The translations under genes and the position numbers were made by a program. From contig JBFXLE010000001.1 in assembly GCA_050173015.1 (NCBI GenBank), positions 279,077 through 343,076 of the forward strand: a stretch of 64,000 nucleotides of DNA. Reading direction: 5' to 3'. Numbering within the stretch: the first letter of the stretch is position 1; each line of letters begins with the position of its first letter. The notes beneath the pieces are model-generated. The model was not told the origin of the DNA. It did not search any database and was given only the letters and a program-made list of their open reading frames with translations. The stretch is from Calditrichaceae bacterium. GTDB lineage: Bacteria > Calditrichota > Calditrichia > Calditrichales > JBFXGD01. Positions 40,901-51,302 of this stretch are shown here, one piece after another.

Positions 40901-41310
40901 ATATGGCTTTTAATCTCGCGGCGGTCGCCGATGGACAGATCGCGGCGAAGTTATTCGGGAACGCGGTTGAATATCTGTTGACCGATGGGGATATTCCGGT
41001 AGCGATCAATGATGAAGCGCCTCAGATTCCAGCAGCATACCAATTGGATCAAAACTATCCCAATCCCTTTAATCCGGTTACAACTATCCGGTATAAAATA
41101 CCCACAAAGACAAATGTCACGCTGGAGATATTTGATGTACTCGGCCGTAAAACCCGCACACTTGTGAATCAGAAACAGAACGCGGGCCAGTATGAAATTC
41201 AATGGAACGGTATTGATCATCTGGGACGGGAAAGCGCATCGGGTGTTTATTTTTACCGTTTATCGGCAGGGGACATCATACAGATCCGAAAAATGATTTT
41301 CCTGAAGTAA
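37984..41310 (+). CDS. secreted zinc metallopeptidase (M36/M4-like, FTP+PepSY propeptide) with FlgD/T9SS-type C-terminal domain
   Basis: signal peptide, YRQRLAGIPV FTP, VFVNAHDGRI PepSY, HEHAH + QEGSSDY zinc motif, QNYPNPFNP..SGVYFYRL C-terminus. Confidence 0.85.
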   Translation: MKNYWFIILIFLTGGLLDAGNQIERQNPEKNNLRRNSTLQSNESKVDAVTGAVRYFYKENFLPVSTNPQNAAREYLQAKAGALGIDPDLKSLQWLKTNRSPGGTHVIYRQRLAGIPVFQSEIVVTINKSNQVSFLSSEYRPRISLRNKIAFITQKHAIDLAREYLQVTGTLLGPESATLMIFDSADRGAELSWRVSLPVTEPFGDWDVFVNAHDGRIIHVKNRVMYGSAADGQGMIWDPDPITTANIGYGGNFADNLDSTNADLDNQRIQVVLRDLTYENGVYKLKGPYAVLKDFENPADVFPELPDSSAFNFTRNQQAFEAVMAYYHIDASTRRLVELGFEIPEQDSFKVDPHGLNGDDNSHYIPSQNYVAFGEGGIDDAEDADVIWHEHAHSFQTNFGPSDMSYSGETMSLQEGSSDYWASSHSRTVNDYDWGMVFNWDSGNGQIWRGRRCDTDLRYPEDYVPEHEGGQIWSSALMKIWRDLGSDVTDALFLQTHFLWGISPGMQDAAQAFIQADQMLFNGAHLPVILDHFEFHGLINSDDYFPEIVHTPHLDTEDEAGPYLITAEITQKLYGLDSTRIRLIYGYGGLTDTLVMIPTGNINEFSASIPGLSQSAEIQYYIAAADTAGWISYSPENAPDDFYSFHTGTDLTPPVIVHKALYNQPTLTWPAVVSAEVTDNLGVDSVFCDYYLNDSTITGLFPLLPAGDNLFESPFPFDTTEINVGDRIFYRLTARDLSVSKNESFSPDAGYYSFELVESKGIILLIDDDPVSQKAVSAKGAVVRAKDSFGKSADSMNDWLLASGYLVEKADVQTALGIDFSAFDLIVSSSGANGDPLASSEYRSKLEGWVQNSAHKLLIEGGEVGYAVHSENTTPVYPAFAANVLHTVEWMNDPTDPLVLSGGYKNHPVVTLPDALPDTISMTYDDLNSGWYDQDAMRPASDAYLIYKAWFQNYAGLIIFDDDTDSTSAQIIYMAFNLAAVADGQIAAKLFGNAVEYLLTDGDIPVAINDEAPQIPAAYQLDQNYPNPFNPVTTIRYKIPTKTNVTLEIFDVLGRKTRTLVNQKQNAGQYEIQWNGIDHLGRESASGVYFYRLSAGDIIQIRKMIFLK

Positions 41311-41324
41311 CGGCGAACTTAAAC

Positions 41325-41358
41325 AAAAAAGCCGGGCAAATTCTCACCCGGCTTTTTT
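41325..41358. terminator. bidirectional intrinsic terminator
   Basis: AAAAAAGCCGGG-N10-CCCGGCTTTTTT. Confidence 0.85.
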
Positions 41359-41373
41359 ATATTCAGAAAATGT

Positions 41374-43923
41374 TTAATCCAGCCATTTAATCAGCCGTGT
41401 TTCGTGCGCGTGGAACAGATCCTGATGTTCCGGAATGACACGGCAGTTAAAACGGTACGAGCCGTCCTTTTTCGCCGTGACTCTCGCGCGATACTCATAA
41501 ATTGAATCTTCAAGTTTCCCGATCAGTCCCATTGGGTGAATTTCCATATCCTGATATGGAGAAATGGCATCCTGTCTCGCGAGAATCAATTCGACCCTTA
41601 ATTCATGAGCTTTCAGGCCGCTTAAATTGACCCTGGCGCTGATTTCCCTGGTTTCATCCGCGCTGAAAACCCGCCGGTCTTCGATGGCGCTGCCATTATT
41701 CAAACGGATATCGATTTCTTTCCAATGTCTTTTTAACCGGTTGTTCCAGCGGGTAAACCGGAACAGGGAAGCGAAATCATTTTCGGTGTACATAATTGAA
41801 CGCTTCATCGCCGGCGCGTAAAATTTCTTCAGATAGTTCCATACCATGGTGTGTGTGCTGAATTTGCTAAGTGTGGAGCGCAGTGATTCCTTGGCCATTT
41901 GGACCCATGCCACCGGAATACCTTCTTTGTTCCGTTGATAATACATCGGAATAATCTGGTTTTCGAGTGTGTCATAGAATGACAGCCCATCCTCCAGATC
42001 CTGCTGCGCGTGATCCGTGAAAGATGCTTCCCTGCCAATGCTCCATCCGTTTTTACCATTGAAACCTTCAGGCCACCATCCGTCCAGAACCGAGAAATTT
42101 ATCCCGCCGTTGATCGGAACTTTTTGGCCGCTGGTTCCGCTTGCCTCCAAAGGCCTGCGGGGTGTGTTCAGCCACACATCGACTCCGGATATCAGAGACC
42201 TTGAAATATTGATATTATATCCTTCAATAAAAACGATTTTTCCTCTAAAGCCTTCCTGTCTGGCATAATCATTAATCACTTTAATCAGATCTTTCCCGGC
42301 GTCATTCTGAGGATGGGCTTTACCGGAGAACAAAATCTGTACAGGACGATCCTGATTATTGACAATCTTTTTCAATCTTTCAAGATCCTGGAACATAAGG
42401 GTTGCCCGTTTGTAGGGCGCGAACCGTCTCGCGAATCCTATGGTCAGAATATCGTCGGCAAGTACTTCCCCGGTGGCCGGGTAATTGTGATTTGTCCCCG
42501 CGAGGCGATTAATCTGCTCCTGATATAACCTTTTCAGATGCTCAGACATGGTTGACTTCATTTTGAGCATGGTTTTCCAGAAAACCTCATCCGGAATATC
42601 AAAAATCCGGTCCCAATATGTCTCTTCATGGATATGATCTCTCCAGTCAGCGCCCATATATTCATCAAACAACCGGATCATTTCACGATTAAGCCATGAT
42701 TCAGTATGGATACCGTTGGTGACATAACCGATAGGAATTTCAGGAACGGGTAAGCCGGGATACACTTTTTGCCACATTTCTCTGGAAACTTCACTGTGAA
42801 GCTTGCTGACGCCGTTCGCCATAGATGATAAATTCAGGGCGAGAACCGTCAGCGAAAAATGCTCATGCTGATGTTCATTAAGATGTCTTCCAAGATCAAA
42901 GAAATAGTCATCGGACATTTCAAGCGCCGGCCAGAAATTTTTGAAGTACCTTTTCATCATATCCATTTCAAAAGCTTCATTACCCGCCGGAATTGGCGTA
43001 TGAGTTGTAAACAGCGTCGTTCCGCGTACAAACTCAAGAGCCGGTTTAAAATCCATTCCTTCATTCATCAGTTCGTAAAGACGCTCGAGACCCAAAAACG
43101 CGGAGTGTCCCTCATTCATATGGAATACGGTGGGATTCAGTCCCATTTTCCGCAGGGCGCGCAGTCCCCCGATACCCAGAATAATTTCCTGTTTTATACG
43201 CGTATCACGGGTTCCGCCATATAATGAATGTATGATATCCTTATCTTCATCAGAGTTCATGCCGATGGTGGTGTCCAACAGGTAGAGAGAATTTCGGCCG
43301 ACCTTTGCCTCCCAGATTTTCAGGTAAATTTCACGATCCAGCAGCGGTACACTGACAATCAGCGGATTCCCGTCTTCGCCGCGCACAAGTGAAACCGGAA
43401 GAAGTTCGGGATTTATCTCATGATACACTTCCTGCTGCTTACCATTTTCGTCGATAAGCTGTGTAAAATATGCGTGTTTGTACATGAGCCCGACGGCTAC
43501 AAAAGGAAGTCCCAGGTTGCTTGCGGCTTTGCAATGATCTCCGGCGAGAATTCCCAGACCGCCGGCATAATTGGGCAGAGATTCATGGACGCCGTATTCG
43601 GCTGAAAAATAGGCGATAAGCTGATCTTTCAGATTGGGATAATTATTGATAAAACGGGTGTCTTTTCTTTCCATATATGTATTGAATCGATTAAAAACAT
43701 GATTCAACCGGTTAACAAAATCTTGATCATTGCTGAATGCTTCCAGTTTTTCCGGTGAGGCTTTCGCGAGAAATGCTACCGGATTACGATCTACCGATCT
43801 CCACAAATCAAGGTCGATTTCCTTGAACAAATCACGGGCATCCGGATTCCAGCTGAACCATAAATTGTACGCAAGCGTTTCCAGCGATTTTAGAGATTCC
43901 GGGAGATTAAACTTATTAGCCAT
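41374..43923 (-). CDS. glgP: alpha-glucan (glycogen) phosphorylase
   Basis: NLWFSW, YAGGLGILAGDH, HMNEGH, FARRFAPYKRA, EASGTSGQK PLP motif; ATG 43923 preferred. Confidence 0.95.
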   Translation of the reverse strand: MANKFNLPESLKSLETLAYNLWFSWNPDARDLFKEIDLDLWRSVDRNPVAFLAKASPEKLEAFSNDQDFVNRLNHVFNRFNTYMERKDTRFINNYPNLKDQLIAYFSAEYGVHESLPNYAGGLGILAGDHCKAASNLGLPFVAVGLMYKHAYFTQLIDENGKQQEVYHEINPELLPVSLVRGEDGNPLIVSVPLLDREIYLKIWEAKVGRNSLYLLDTTIGMNSDEDKDIIHSLYGGTRDTRIKQEIILGIGGLRALRKMGLNPTVFHMNEGHSAFLGLERLYELMNEGMDFKPALEFVRGTTLFTTHTPIPAGNEAFEMDMMKRYFKNFWPALEMSDDYFFDLGRHLNEHQHEHFSLTVLALNLSSMANGVSKLHSEVSREMWQKVYPGLPVPEIPIGYVTNGIHTESWLNREMIRLFDEYMGADWRDHIHEETYWDRIFDIPDEVFWKTMLKMKSTMSEHLKRLYQEQINRLAGTNHNYPATGEVLADDILTIGFARRFAPYKRATLMFQDLERLKKIVNNQDRPVQILFSGKAHPQNDAGKDLIKVINDYARQEGFRGKIVFIEGYNINISRSLISGVDVWLNTPRRPLEASGTSGQKVPINGGINFSVLDGWWPEGFNGKNGWSIGREASFTDHAQQDLEDGLSFYDTLENQIIPMYYQRNKEGIPVAWVQMAKESLRSTLSKFSTHTMVWNYLKKFYAPAMKRSIMYTENDFASLFRFTRWNNRLKRHWKEIDIRLNNGSAIEDRRVFSADETREISARVNLSGLKAHELRVELILARQDAISPYQDMEIHPMGLIGKLEDSIYEYRARVTAKKDGSYRFNCRVIPEHQDLFHAHETRLIKWLD

Positions 43924-44294
43924 GCCTGACCTTTCCAAATTCATCCATAGACTACACTCTAAATAGAGTTACGTATTTAATGGCGTAAAAATTAGTAAAT
44001 CCGTTTAGTAAGTGCAAATAATTATTAAAATGGGTTAAAAGTGATCAGATAAAAAATGTTAAATCATTGATTTATATTGTGAATTTATGTTATTTTATCA
44101 AACAAATATTTTATCTTAACGTGATGACATAATTGTGCGGAAACTAATACGCAACAAGGATTTGTTGTCCGAATTTCTGACGATCTGTCATGGATTAATA
44201 TAACCGCCATCGAACAAAAGCGATGTGATCATACCATCTTATAAAGACAATTTTAAATAAAGTATTGATTCATACTGACAAATTAGAACCGTTA

Positions 44295-44323
44295 TTGACA
44301 GAAAACAGTAAATTTTCTGTCAA
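44295..44323. promoter_or_regulatory. perfect palindrome upstream of lon (candidate activator or repressor site)
   Basis: TTGACAGAAAA-N7-TTTTCTGTCAA; related TGAC-N5-GTCA at 44178-44190. Confidence 0.55.
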
Positions 44324-44408
44324 ATGGGCAGATCGGTGATTTTAGCGTTTTATTTGAATAAATTCATAAATTATTAAATAACAATATGTTGAGATCATAA
44401 TATATTTT

Positions 44409-44423
44409 TGGCAAAGAATTTGC
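44409..44423 (+). promoter_or_regulatory. sigma54 (-24/-12) promoter of lon
   Basis: TGGCAAAGAATTTGC = TGGC-N7-TTGC, 45 nt before the GTG start. Confidence 0.7.
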
Positions 44424-44467
44424 GGTAAAGGCATGAGCAAAAAAATAATAAATGAGGAGACTAAATA

Positions 44468-46792
44468 GTGAGTGCTGAGAATAAATCTGTGGTGCCGGAA
44501 CGAATGCCGATTATGCCTCTGCGTAATACGGTGGTTTTTCCTCATCAGGTGATCCCGCTGGCGGTTGGACGCGAAAAATCTCTCAATCTGCTGAAGGGAT
44601 TGGATGAAGGTACAAAAGTTATAGGACTTGTAGCCCAGCGTGACGGTCGTATAGAAGAGCCGGGATTTGAAGATCTTTTTCATTGGGGCACCGCCGCGAT
44701 GATATTAAAAAAATTCAAGATGCCTGACGGGAGCGAACAGTTAATCGTTCAGGGTATGTATCGGATTAAGCTTACCGAGTTTAAACAATCGGATCCCTAT
44801 TTTGAAGGCGAAGTGGTTCGTGAAGATGATAAGACGGAAAGTTCTGTCGAAATTGACGCTCTGGCAAATAATTTAAAAAATGTGTTTCAGCAAATAGTTG
44901 ATCATACACCCTATCTGACGAATGAACACCGTGTGATGGTTCTGAACACGGAAGATCCGTCAAAACTTGCCGATGTGATAACTTCCCAGATAAATTTTAC
45001 GGTGGCGGAAAAACAGCAGGTCCTGGAGCAGCTGAATTTAAAAGAACGCCTGACCAAGGTTAACTATCTTCTGAACAAAGAGCTTCAGGTGCTTGAGCTT
45101 GGTTCTAAGATTCAGAATGAAGTCCAGGGTGAGTTAAACAGGACCCAGCGTCAGTACTACCTTCGTGAGCAGCTGAAGGCGATTAAAAAAGAGCTCGGTG
45201 AATTTGAAGATGAAAGTACCGATATTGAAGATCTGCGTGAACGGCTGCAAAATCTAAAAATGCCCGCTGAAGTAAGAGATGTAGCTGAAAAAGAATTAAA
45301 CCGGCTCGCCCGGATGTCTCCCATGGCAAGCGAATATACGGTGGCACGAACATATCTTGACTGGTTGATGGAAATGCCATGGAGTAAGAGTACCCGGGAC
45401 AGGTTGGATATAAAAAAGGCAGAAGAAATACTGAATGAAGATCATTTTGGCCTGGAAAAAGTTAAAAAACGCATCCTGGAGTACCTGGCGGTTCGGCAAT
45501 TAAAAACCAATATGAAAGGCCCGATACTCTGTTTTGTGGGGCCTCCGGGTGTCGGCAAGACAAGTTTGGGGCGTTCAATCGCCAGGGCTTTAAATCGTAA
45601 ATTTTCAAGAATGTCTCTGGGTGGTGTCAGGGATGAAGCGGAAATTCGCGGTCACAGACGTACTTATGTAGGAGCGCTTCCGGGGAGGATTGTTCAGGAA
45701 ATAAAAAAAGTCGGCTCAAACAATCCATTGATCATGCTGGATGAAATAGATAAACTGGGGATGGATTTCCGGGGCGATCCTTCGTCGGCGTTGCTGGAAG
45801 TTCTGGATCCGGAACAAAACTTTTCTTTCGCGGATCATTATCTGGAGGTGCCGTTTGATCTCTCAAAGGTGATGTTTATCGCCACAGCCAATGTCATTGA
45901 TCCCATTCCTCCCGCATTGAGAGACAGGATGGAAATAATTGAATTAAACGGATACATTGAAGAAGAAAAATTACATATCGCTGAACGGTATCTTGTTCCA
46001 AAACAGCTTGAAAATCATGGATTGACGAATGAGCAGGTATCCTTCACCAGAAACGCGGTGCAGACAATAACGAGTAAATATACGCGTGAAGCCGGTGTCC
46101 GTAATCTTGAGCGTGAAATCGCATCGGTAATGCGTGGAGTCGCCAAGGAGATCGTTGAAAAAAGGACGGCAAACAAACGCATCACTGCCAGTGCCGTGAG
46201 TAAATATCTGGGCCCGGAAAGATACTATTCCGATGTTTCGGAACGGGTTTCACGTCCAGGTGTGGCAACCGGCCTGGCCTGGACGCCTGTGGGCGGTGAT
46301 ATTCTTTTCATAGAAGCTACACAAATGAAAGGAAAAGGAGGTTTGTCCCTAACGGGAAAGCTTGGTGAAGTGATGAAGGAATCGGCATCGGCCGCGCTGA
46401 GTTATTTGCGTTCAAACGCGAAGAAATTTGAAATCGATGAAGATTTCTATGAGAAATATGATACCCATATTCATGTGCCGGCGGGCGCGATTCCAAAAGA
46501 CGGGCCAAGCGCGGGCATCACTATTTTTTCCGCCTTGTATTCGCTTTATACCAATCGTCAGTTGAAGGATAATCTTGCCATGACCGGTGAGATAACGCTT
46601 CGCGGGCTGGTTCTTCCGGTAGGCGGAATCAGGGAGAAAGTGATAGCGGCCAAAAGAGCCGGTATTAATACGGTAATTTTACCTGAAAAGAATAAAAAGG
46701 ATCTGGAAGAAATTCCAAAACAAAATATACAGAATATGAGTTTTCATTTTGTTAAAGAGGTCGATGAATTGTTGGATCTTGCCTTTAAATAA
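44468..46792 (+). CDS. lon: ATP-dependent Lon protease
   Basis: [48 protein letters not shown]. Confidence 0.97.
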   Translation: MSAENKSVVPERMPIMPLRNTVVFPHQVIPLAVGREKSLNLLKGLDEGTKVIGLVAQRDGRIEEPGFEDLFHWGTAAMILKKFKMPDGSEQLIVQGMYRIKLTEFKQSDPYFEGEVVREDDKTESSVEIDALANNLKNVFQQIVDHTPYLTNEHRVMVLNTEDPSKLADVITSQINFTVAEKQQVLEQLNLKERLTKVNYLLNKELQVLELGSKIQNEVQGELNRTQRQYYLREQLKAIKKELGEFEDESTDIEDLRERLQNLKMPAEVRDVAEKELNRLARMSPMASEYTVARTYLDWLMEMPWSKSTRDRLDIKKAEEILNEDHFGLEKVKKRILEYLAVRQLKTNMKGPILCFVGPPGVGKTSLGRSIARALNRKFSRMSLGGVRDEAEIRGHRRTYVGALPGRIVQEIKKVGSNNPLIMLDEIDKLGMDFRGDPSSALLEVLDPEQNFSFADHYLEVPFDLSKVMFIATANVIDPIPPALRDRMEIIELNGYIEEEKLHIAERYLVPKQLENHGLTNEQVSFTRNAVQTITSKYTREAGVRNLEREIASVMRGVAKEIVEKRTANKRITASAVSKYLGPERYYSDVSERVSRPGVATGLAWTPVGGDILFIEATQMKGKGGLSLTGKLGEVMKESASAALSYLRSNAKKFEIDEDFYEKYDTHIHVPAGAIPKDGPSAGITIFSALYSLYTNRQLKDNLAMTGEITLRGLVLPVGGIREKVIAAKRAGINTVILPEKNKKDLEEIPKQNIQNMSFHFVKEVDELLDLAFK

Positions 46793-46812
46793 TGGTAAGA
46801 AAAAATATTCAG

Positions 46813-46849
46813 GCGCGGCGGATTAAATTCTCGCCGCGTTTTCTTTTTT
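46813..46849 (+). terminator. intrinsic terminator after lon
   Basis: GCGCGGCG...CGCCGCGT followed by TTTCTTTTTT. Confidence 0.8.
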
Positions 46850-46894
46850 ACAGATCTAAAAATCCATTTCCGACTAAAAAATCGGAATTCCTTC

Positions 46895-46923
46895 TTGCCA
46901 TTTGGACGATCAAGTCCTATTAT
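46895..46923 (+). promoter_or_regulatory. sigma70-type promoter
   Basis: TTGCCA-N17-TATTAT upstream of the TPR gene. Confidence 0.55.
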
Positions 46924-46970
46924 AGACGGCTACGTAAATAAGAATAGTATTCATCAAAAACGGATAAGAA

Positions 46971-47828
46971 ATGGCGGAAACAAAAGATATAATCGAACAG
47001 GCGAGAATCAAGTATGAATCAGAGGATCTATCGGAAGCGTCAAAGTTGTACCTGTCGGCTTTAAATCAGTCAGAGTCTGATATTGAAAGGGCTGTTATCT
47101 GGGCGGAACTGAGCTGGACATTTTACAGGATGAAATCATACGATCGAGCGATTGAGGCCGGAGAAAATGTAATCGCATACGATCCGGAATACCAGTCAAG
47201 AGAGGATATTTACCGGATATTAGGTTATTCCCATAATATGCTCAATCATACCCGGGACGCGATAAAATATCTCGAAAAATCATTATTGATAGACCGTGAG
47301 TCGGAAAAACAGCGTTTTGCGGTATATGAGCTTGCCAAATTATACTTTACAAATCAGGCTTACAAAGAGGCTTCAGCTCTTTTTGATGAAGTGGAAGCTC
47401 ATTTTTTCGCGGATCAGAAAGAATACTGGCTTTCCACCCTGTTTTTCCAGGGATTTATTTTATATTACCAAAATAAACCGGATGAGAGCAGGGAAATATT
47501 TGAAAAGTTACTTACCAACGCGGAAAATGACGCGAGAAAAGCATCCGCCATGTTCGGGCTGGCTTTTATCACCTTTGGGCGTCAGGACTACCTTAAAACC
47601 ATCAATTTATGTGAAGCGATTATAGAGCAGGATAATAATTTCTTTGACAAAGAGACCATCGGATTTTTAACGGCGGCCTCTTTTTATCATCTCGGCAGGC
47701 GGGATGTCTTTGAAAAATATTATGAACAGTTGACGCTTGCTTATCCTTCGGGCCGCTATCAGGATGAACTGAACGCATTGAAAAACAGTAAAGACACGGG
47801 TGCTGAAAATACAGAACATGATTTTTAA
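46971..47828 (+). CDS. tetratricopeptide repeat protein
   Basis: repeated 34-aa-type helical pairs (YRILGYSH..AIKYLEKSL; YELAKLYF..YKEA). Confidence 0.8.
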   Translation: MAETKDIIEQARIKYESEDLSEASKLYLSALNQSESDIERAVIWAELSWTFYRMKSYDRAIEAGENVIAYDPEYQSREDIYRILGYSHNMLNHTRDAIKYLEKSLLIDRESEKQRFAVYELAKLYFTNQAYKEASALFDEVEAHFFADQKEYWLSTLFFQGFILYYQNKPDESREIFEKLLTNAENDARKASAMFGLAFITFGRQDYLKTINLCEAIIEQDNNFFDKETIGFLTAASFYHLGRRDVFEKYYEQLTLAYPSGRYQDELNALKNSKDTGAENTEHDF

Positions 47829-47944
47829 TATCGCTGGTTAATTCATGAAACGACCGGGAACTACGGTCGGACAGATGAGTATAAATTCAATTTAATTATA
47901 GTTTAGATCATATTTCAGGACAGCATTGAATCTATAAGACCAAG

Positions 47945-50900
47945 ATGAAACAACTGAAAAATAAAATCTACACACATCCCGCATTTCAAAATATAAATGA
48001 TCTTCTGGCTACAGGGAAAAAGATCCATCTGGATGGAGTGGCCGGTTCGTTTCGCGCGTTTATCGCCGGCTATATTTTTGAAAAACTCGAAAAGCCGCTG
48101 CTGTATATCGCGGGTGATCTGGACTCTGCCGAGCGTATGCGTGATGATGTGGAACTTTTGCTGGGGCGTGAGCGGGTGGCATTTTTACCTGCCATAGGTT
48201 TCGAACCCTATGATCATCAGGAGCCGAATCCGAGTCTTGTCAGTATGCGCATGGAATCAATGCAGAAGTTCATCGAGCATGATCATTGGATCGCGGTGGC
48301 GACAATCGAAGGTATCATCGAAAAATTTCCGCTTCCGGAGATGTTTTTAGATAATCAGCTTTATTTAAAAACGGGGAATACACTGGAATTTGATTCTTTT
48401 CTTGTCAAATTGCAAAAAATCGGTTTTAAAAGAGAAGACCTCGTGGAGCAGGTTGGTGATTTTAGTGTCAGGGGCGGTATTATTGATTTGTTCGCCTGGA
48501 ATTGTGATGAGCCGATCCGTATTGAATTGTTTGGTCAGGAGATCGAGTCCATTCGCCGGTTTGACGTTATCACCCAGCGTTCAACGGAAGCTCTGACGGA
48601 TATAACGATCCTGCCGAATATGCTTGAAGGCAATCACACCGCATTTTTGAGCGACATCATTCCGGAATCCGCGCTTCTTTTTTGCGAAGACAGCCAGCGA
48701 TTGACCGCTTCGGTGCAGGATTATTTTGAGCGGGCCCGGATAGAATATGATAAAAACACACTTGCCGGGATTGATGAGGAAGATCCGGAAACTCTTTTTT
48801 TCTCGCCTGATAAACTCAAAGCGCTGTTGAACCAATCTCAAATGATCGAGACCGATCTGATAAAAACAGATGACACTGTTGATCTTGATTTTAAGACCCG
48901 CGCTCACCAGGATTTTAATGGGAGCATCAAATTATTTCTTGAATATCTCAAAAAGAGATCGGGTAAGGATCATAATAGCCTGATCTATATTCAGTCTGCC
49001 AATCAGGATCAGTCTGATCGTCTTTCAGAAATTCTCGAAGATGAACATATCGCTTTCAACGGGAAATTAGATGTTGGAACGCTGCATAACGGATTCAGTA
49101 TTCCTGATTTAAGCACGGAGATTTTGACAGATCATGAAATTTTCCAAAGATTTAAGCGCAGAAAAACATACCGGCGTTTTAAAAGCGGAGCTTACCTGCG
49201 TCAGCTTACCAGCCTGAATCTATATGATTATGTGGTGCATATTGATTATGGGATCGGACAGTACCTGGGGATGAGCACTCTTGAGTTTGGTCAAATCAGA
49301 AAAGAATGTATAAAGATCGGTTATCTGGAAGATGATTATCTGTTCGTGACGGTAGACCGGCTTAACCGTGTCCAAAAATTTAGTTCAGAAGAAAGCGGTG
49401 TCCCAAAATTAACAAAGCTGGGTTCAGGTGAATGGGAACGTACCAAGAAGAAGACAAAAGAATCACTTAAAAAAGTGGCGGCCGAACTGATACAGATCTA
49501 TGCCGGTAGAAAAGCGCAGCCTGGATTCTCATTCATATCCGATAATCACTGGCAAAAAGAGCTGGAAGCGTCGTTTAAATTTGAAGAAACAGATGATCAG
49601 CTCAAAGCGATAGAAGAAGTAAAATCTGATATGGAAAATGATCAACCCATGGATCGTTTGCTATGTGGTGACGTTGGATTTGGCAAGACGGAAGTCGCTT
49701 TGCGCGCCGCGTTTAAAGCGGTGATGGCGGGAAAACAGGTCGCGATTCTTGTGCCGACAACCATACTCGCGTTTCAGCATTATGAGACATTTAGGGAACG
49801 GATTGCCGAATTTCCGGTAAAAGTCGAAATGTTGAGCAGGTTCAAATCAGCGAAGGAGCAAAAATTAATACTTGGAGAGCTGACTGCGGGGAAAATAGAT
49901 ATCGTGATCGGAACACACCGACTGCTCTCGGCCGATATTAAATTTAAAGATTTAGGGCTTCTGGTTATCGATGAGGAGCAAAGGTTTGGTGTCCGTCATA
50001 AAGAAATTTTGAAAAAATACCGTCTGACCGTTGATGTGCTTTCCATGACCGCGACACCAATTCCAAGAACGCTTCACATGGCATTAATGGGGGCGCGTGA
50101 TTTTTCAAATATTGAAACACCTCCCAGAAACCGGATGCCGGTTCATACGGAAATAATTCCATGGGATGATGATAAGCTCTACCATATTATATCACGCGAG
50201 ATTTCCAGAGGCGGGCAAATTTATTTTGTTCATAATCGGGTTGAAACCATCGAAGCGGTTAAGAATATGCTGGCTCAAATCGTACCGCAGGCCAGTATTG
50301 AAATCGGGCATGGACAGCTGCCGGAAAAGCGTCTTGAAAAAGTCATGTTTGATTTTATGCATCAGAAATTTGACATACTTATCGCTTCGATGATAATAGA
50401 AAACGGTCTGGATATCCCAAATGTGAATACGATTATAATCAACAGGGCGGATAAATTCGGTTTAGCGCAGCTTTATCAGCTTAGAGGTCGTGTGGGACGT
50501 TCTGATCAGCAGGCTTATGCCTATTTGGTAGTACCGCCAATGGATAAGCTGACAGAACTCGCCAGAAAGAGGCTTCGTACGATTCAGGATTTCACGGATT
50601 TGGGATCGGGGTACAAGGTGGCTTTACGAGATCTGGAGATTCGGGGAGCGGGAAATCTCCTCGGAAAGCAACAAAGCGGTTTTGTTCAGACGGTCGGCTT
50701 TGATTTATACTGTAAAATCCTGGATGAAGCGGTAAATGATCTTAAAAAAGGTTTAAATGGAGATAATCAGGCCGAAAAATTAGCTGGAAACCACAAAAAA
50801 AACACGGATCCCAAAATCGATGTGGATTTTGATTTACTGATTCCCGCTGACTACATTCCAAATGAATTAGAGCGGATATCTATTTACCATCGTTTGGTGA

Positions 50901-51256
50901 ATTTTACATCGGTAGAACAAATTGGAAAGCTAAAAGATGAACTTCGTGACCGTTTCGGAGTTTTCCCCGCGGAAGTCGGGCATTTTTTATCGGCAATTGA
51001 AATCAAGGTGCTTACCGGTCAAATTTACGCGAAAAGAGTAATCATTTCTAAAAACAATCTAAAAATATTCTTTTCTGAAGAGGCCCAGGATGATGATGAT
51101 TTTTATGAACGGGTTATTCCCGATTTGATGAACCAGACCATAGCCGGGATCCGGTTCCTAAACCAAAAAGATCTTGGCGTAGAATTGAACTTAAAAAGCA
51201 CGGATCGCGATGAACAGTTCATGTTGGCCAAAAAAATATTGCAGGAAATCATATAA
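47945..51256 (+). CDS. mfd: transcription-repair coupling factor
   Basis: VRGGIID, VVHIDYGIG, GDVGFGKTEV, DEEQRFG, TATPIPRT, QLRGRVGR, RDLEIRGAG. Confidence 0.97.
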   Translation: MKQLKNKIYTHPAFQNINDLLATGKKIHLDGVAGSFRAFIAGYIFEKLEKPLLYIAGDLDSAERMRDDVELLLGRERVAFLPAIGFEPYDHQEPNPSLVSMRMESMQKFIEHDHWIAVATIEGIIEKFPLPEMFLDNQLYLKTGNTLEFDSFLVKLQKIGFKREDLVEQVGDFSVRGGIIDLFAWNCDEPIRIELFGQEIESIRRFDVITQRSTEALTDITILPNMLEGNHTAFLSDIIPESALLFCEDSQRLTASVQDYFERARIEYDKNTLAGIDEEDPETLFFSPDKLKALLNQSQMIETDLIKTDDTVDLDFKTRAHQDFNGSIKLFLEYLKKRSGKDHNSLIYIQSANQDQSDRLSEILEDEHIAFNGKLDVGTLHNGFSIPDLSTEILTDHEIFQRFKRRKTYRRFKSGAYLRQLTSLNLYDYVVHIDYGIGQYLGMSTLEFGQIRKECIKIGYLEDDYLFVTVDRLNRVQKFSSEESGVPKLTKLGSGEWERTKKKTKESLKKVAAELIQIYAGRKAQPGFSFISDNHWQKELEASFKFEETDDQLKAIEEVKSDMENDQPMDRLLCGDVGFGKTEVALRAAFKAVMAGKQVAILVPTTILAFQHYETFRERIAEFPVKVEMLSRFKSAKEQKLILGELTAGKIDIVIGTHRLLSADIKFKDLGLLVIDEEQRFGVRHKEILKKYRLTVDVLSMTATPIPRTLHMALMGARDFSNIETPPRNRMPVHTEIIPWDDDKLYHIISREISRGGQIYFVHNRVETIEAVKNMLAQIVPQASIEIGHGQLPEKRLEKVMFDFMHQKFDILIASMIIENGLDIPNVNTIIINRADKFGLAQLYQLRGRVGRSDQQAYAYLVVPPMDKLTELARKRLRTIQDFTDLGSGYKVALRDLEIRGAGNLLGKQQSGFVQTVGFDLYCKILDEAVNDLKKGLNGDNQAEKLAGNHKKNTDPKIDVDFDLLIPADYIPNELERISIYHRLVNFTSVEQIGKLKDELRDRFGVFPAEVGHFLSAIEIKVLTGQIYAKRVIISKNNLKIFFSEEAQDDDDFYERVIPDLMNQTIAGIRFLNQKDLGVELNLKSTDRDEQFMLAKKILQEII

Positions 51257-51302
51257 AATAGGTAAATTACATATTTTTAGTATATGGTAACAGGAGGATT
51301 TC

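Noticed and set aside
44342-44683. 113-aa minus-strand ORF, representative of many short overlapping ORFs (for example 22466-22924, 34831-35469, 39478-39957, 16744-17214)
   Set aside because: They overlap well-supported genes antisense or out of frame and show no recognisable motifs
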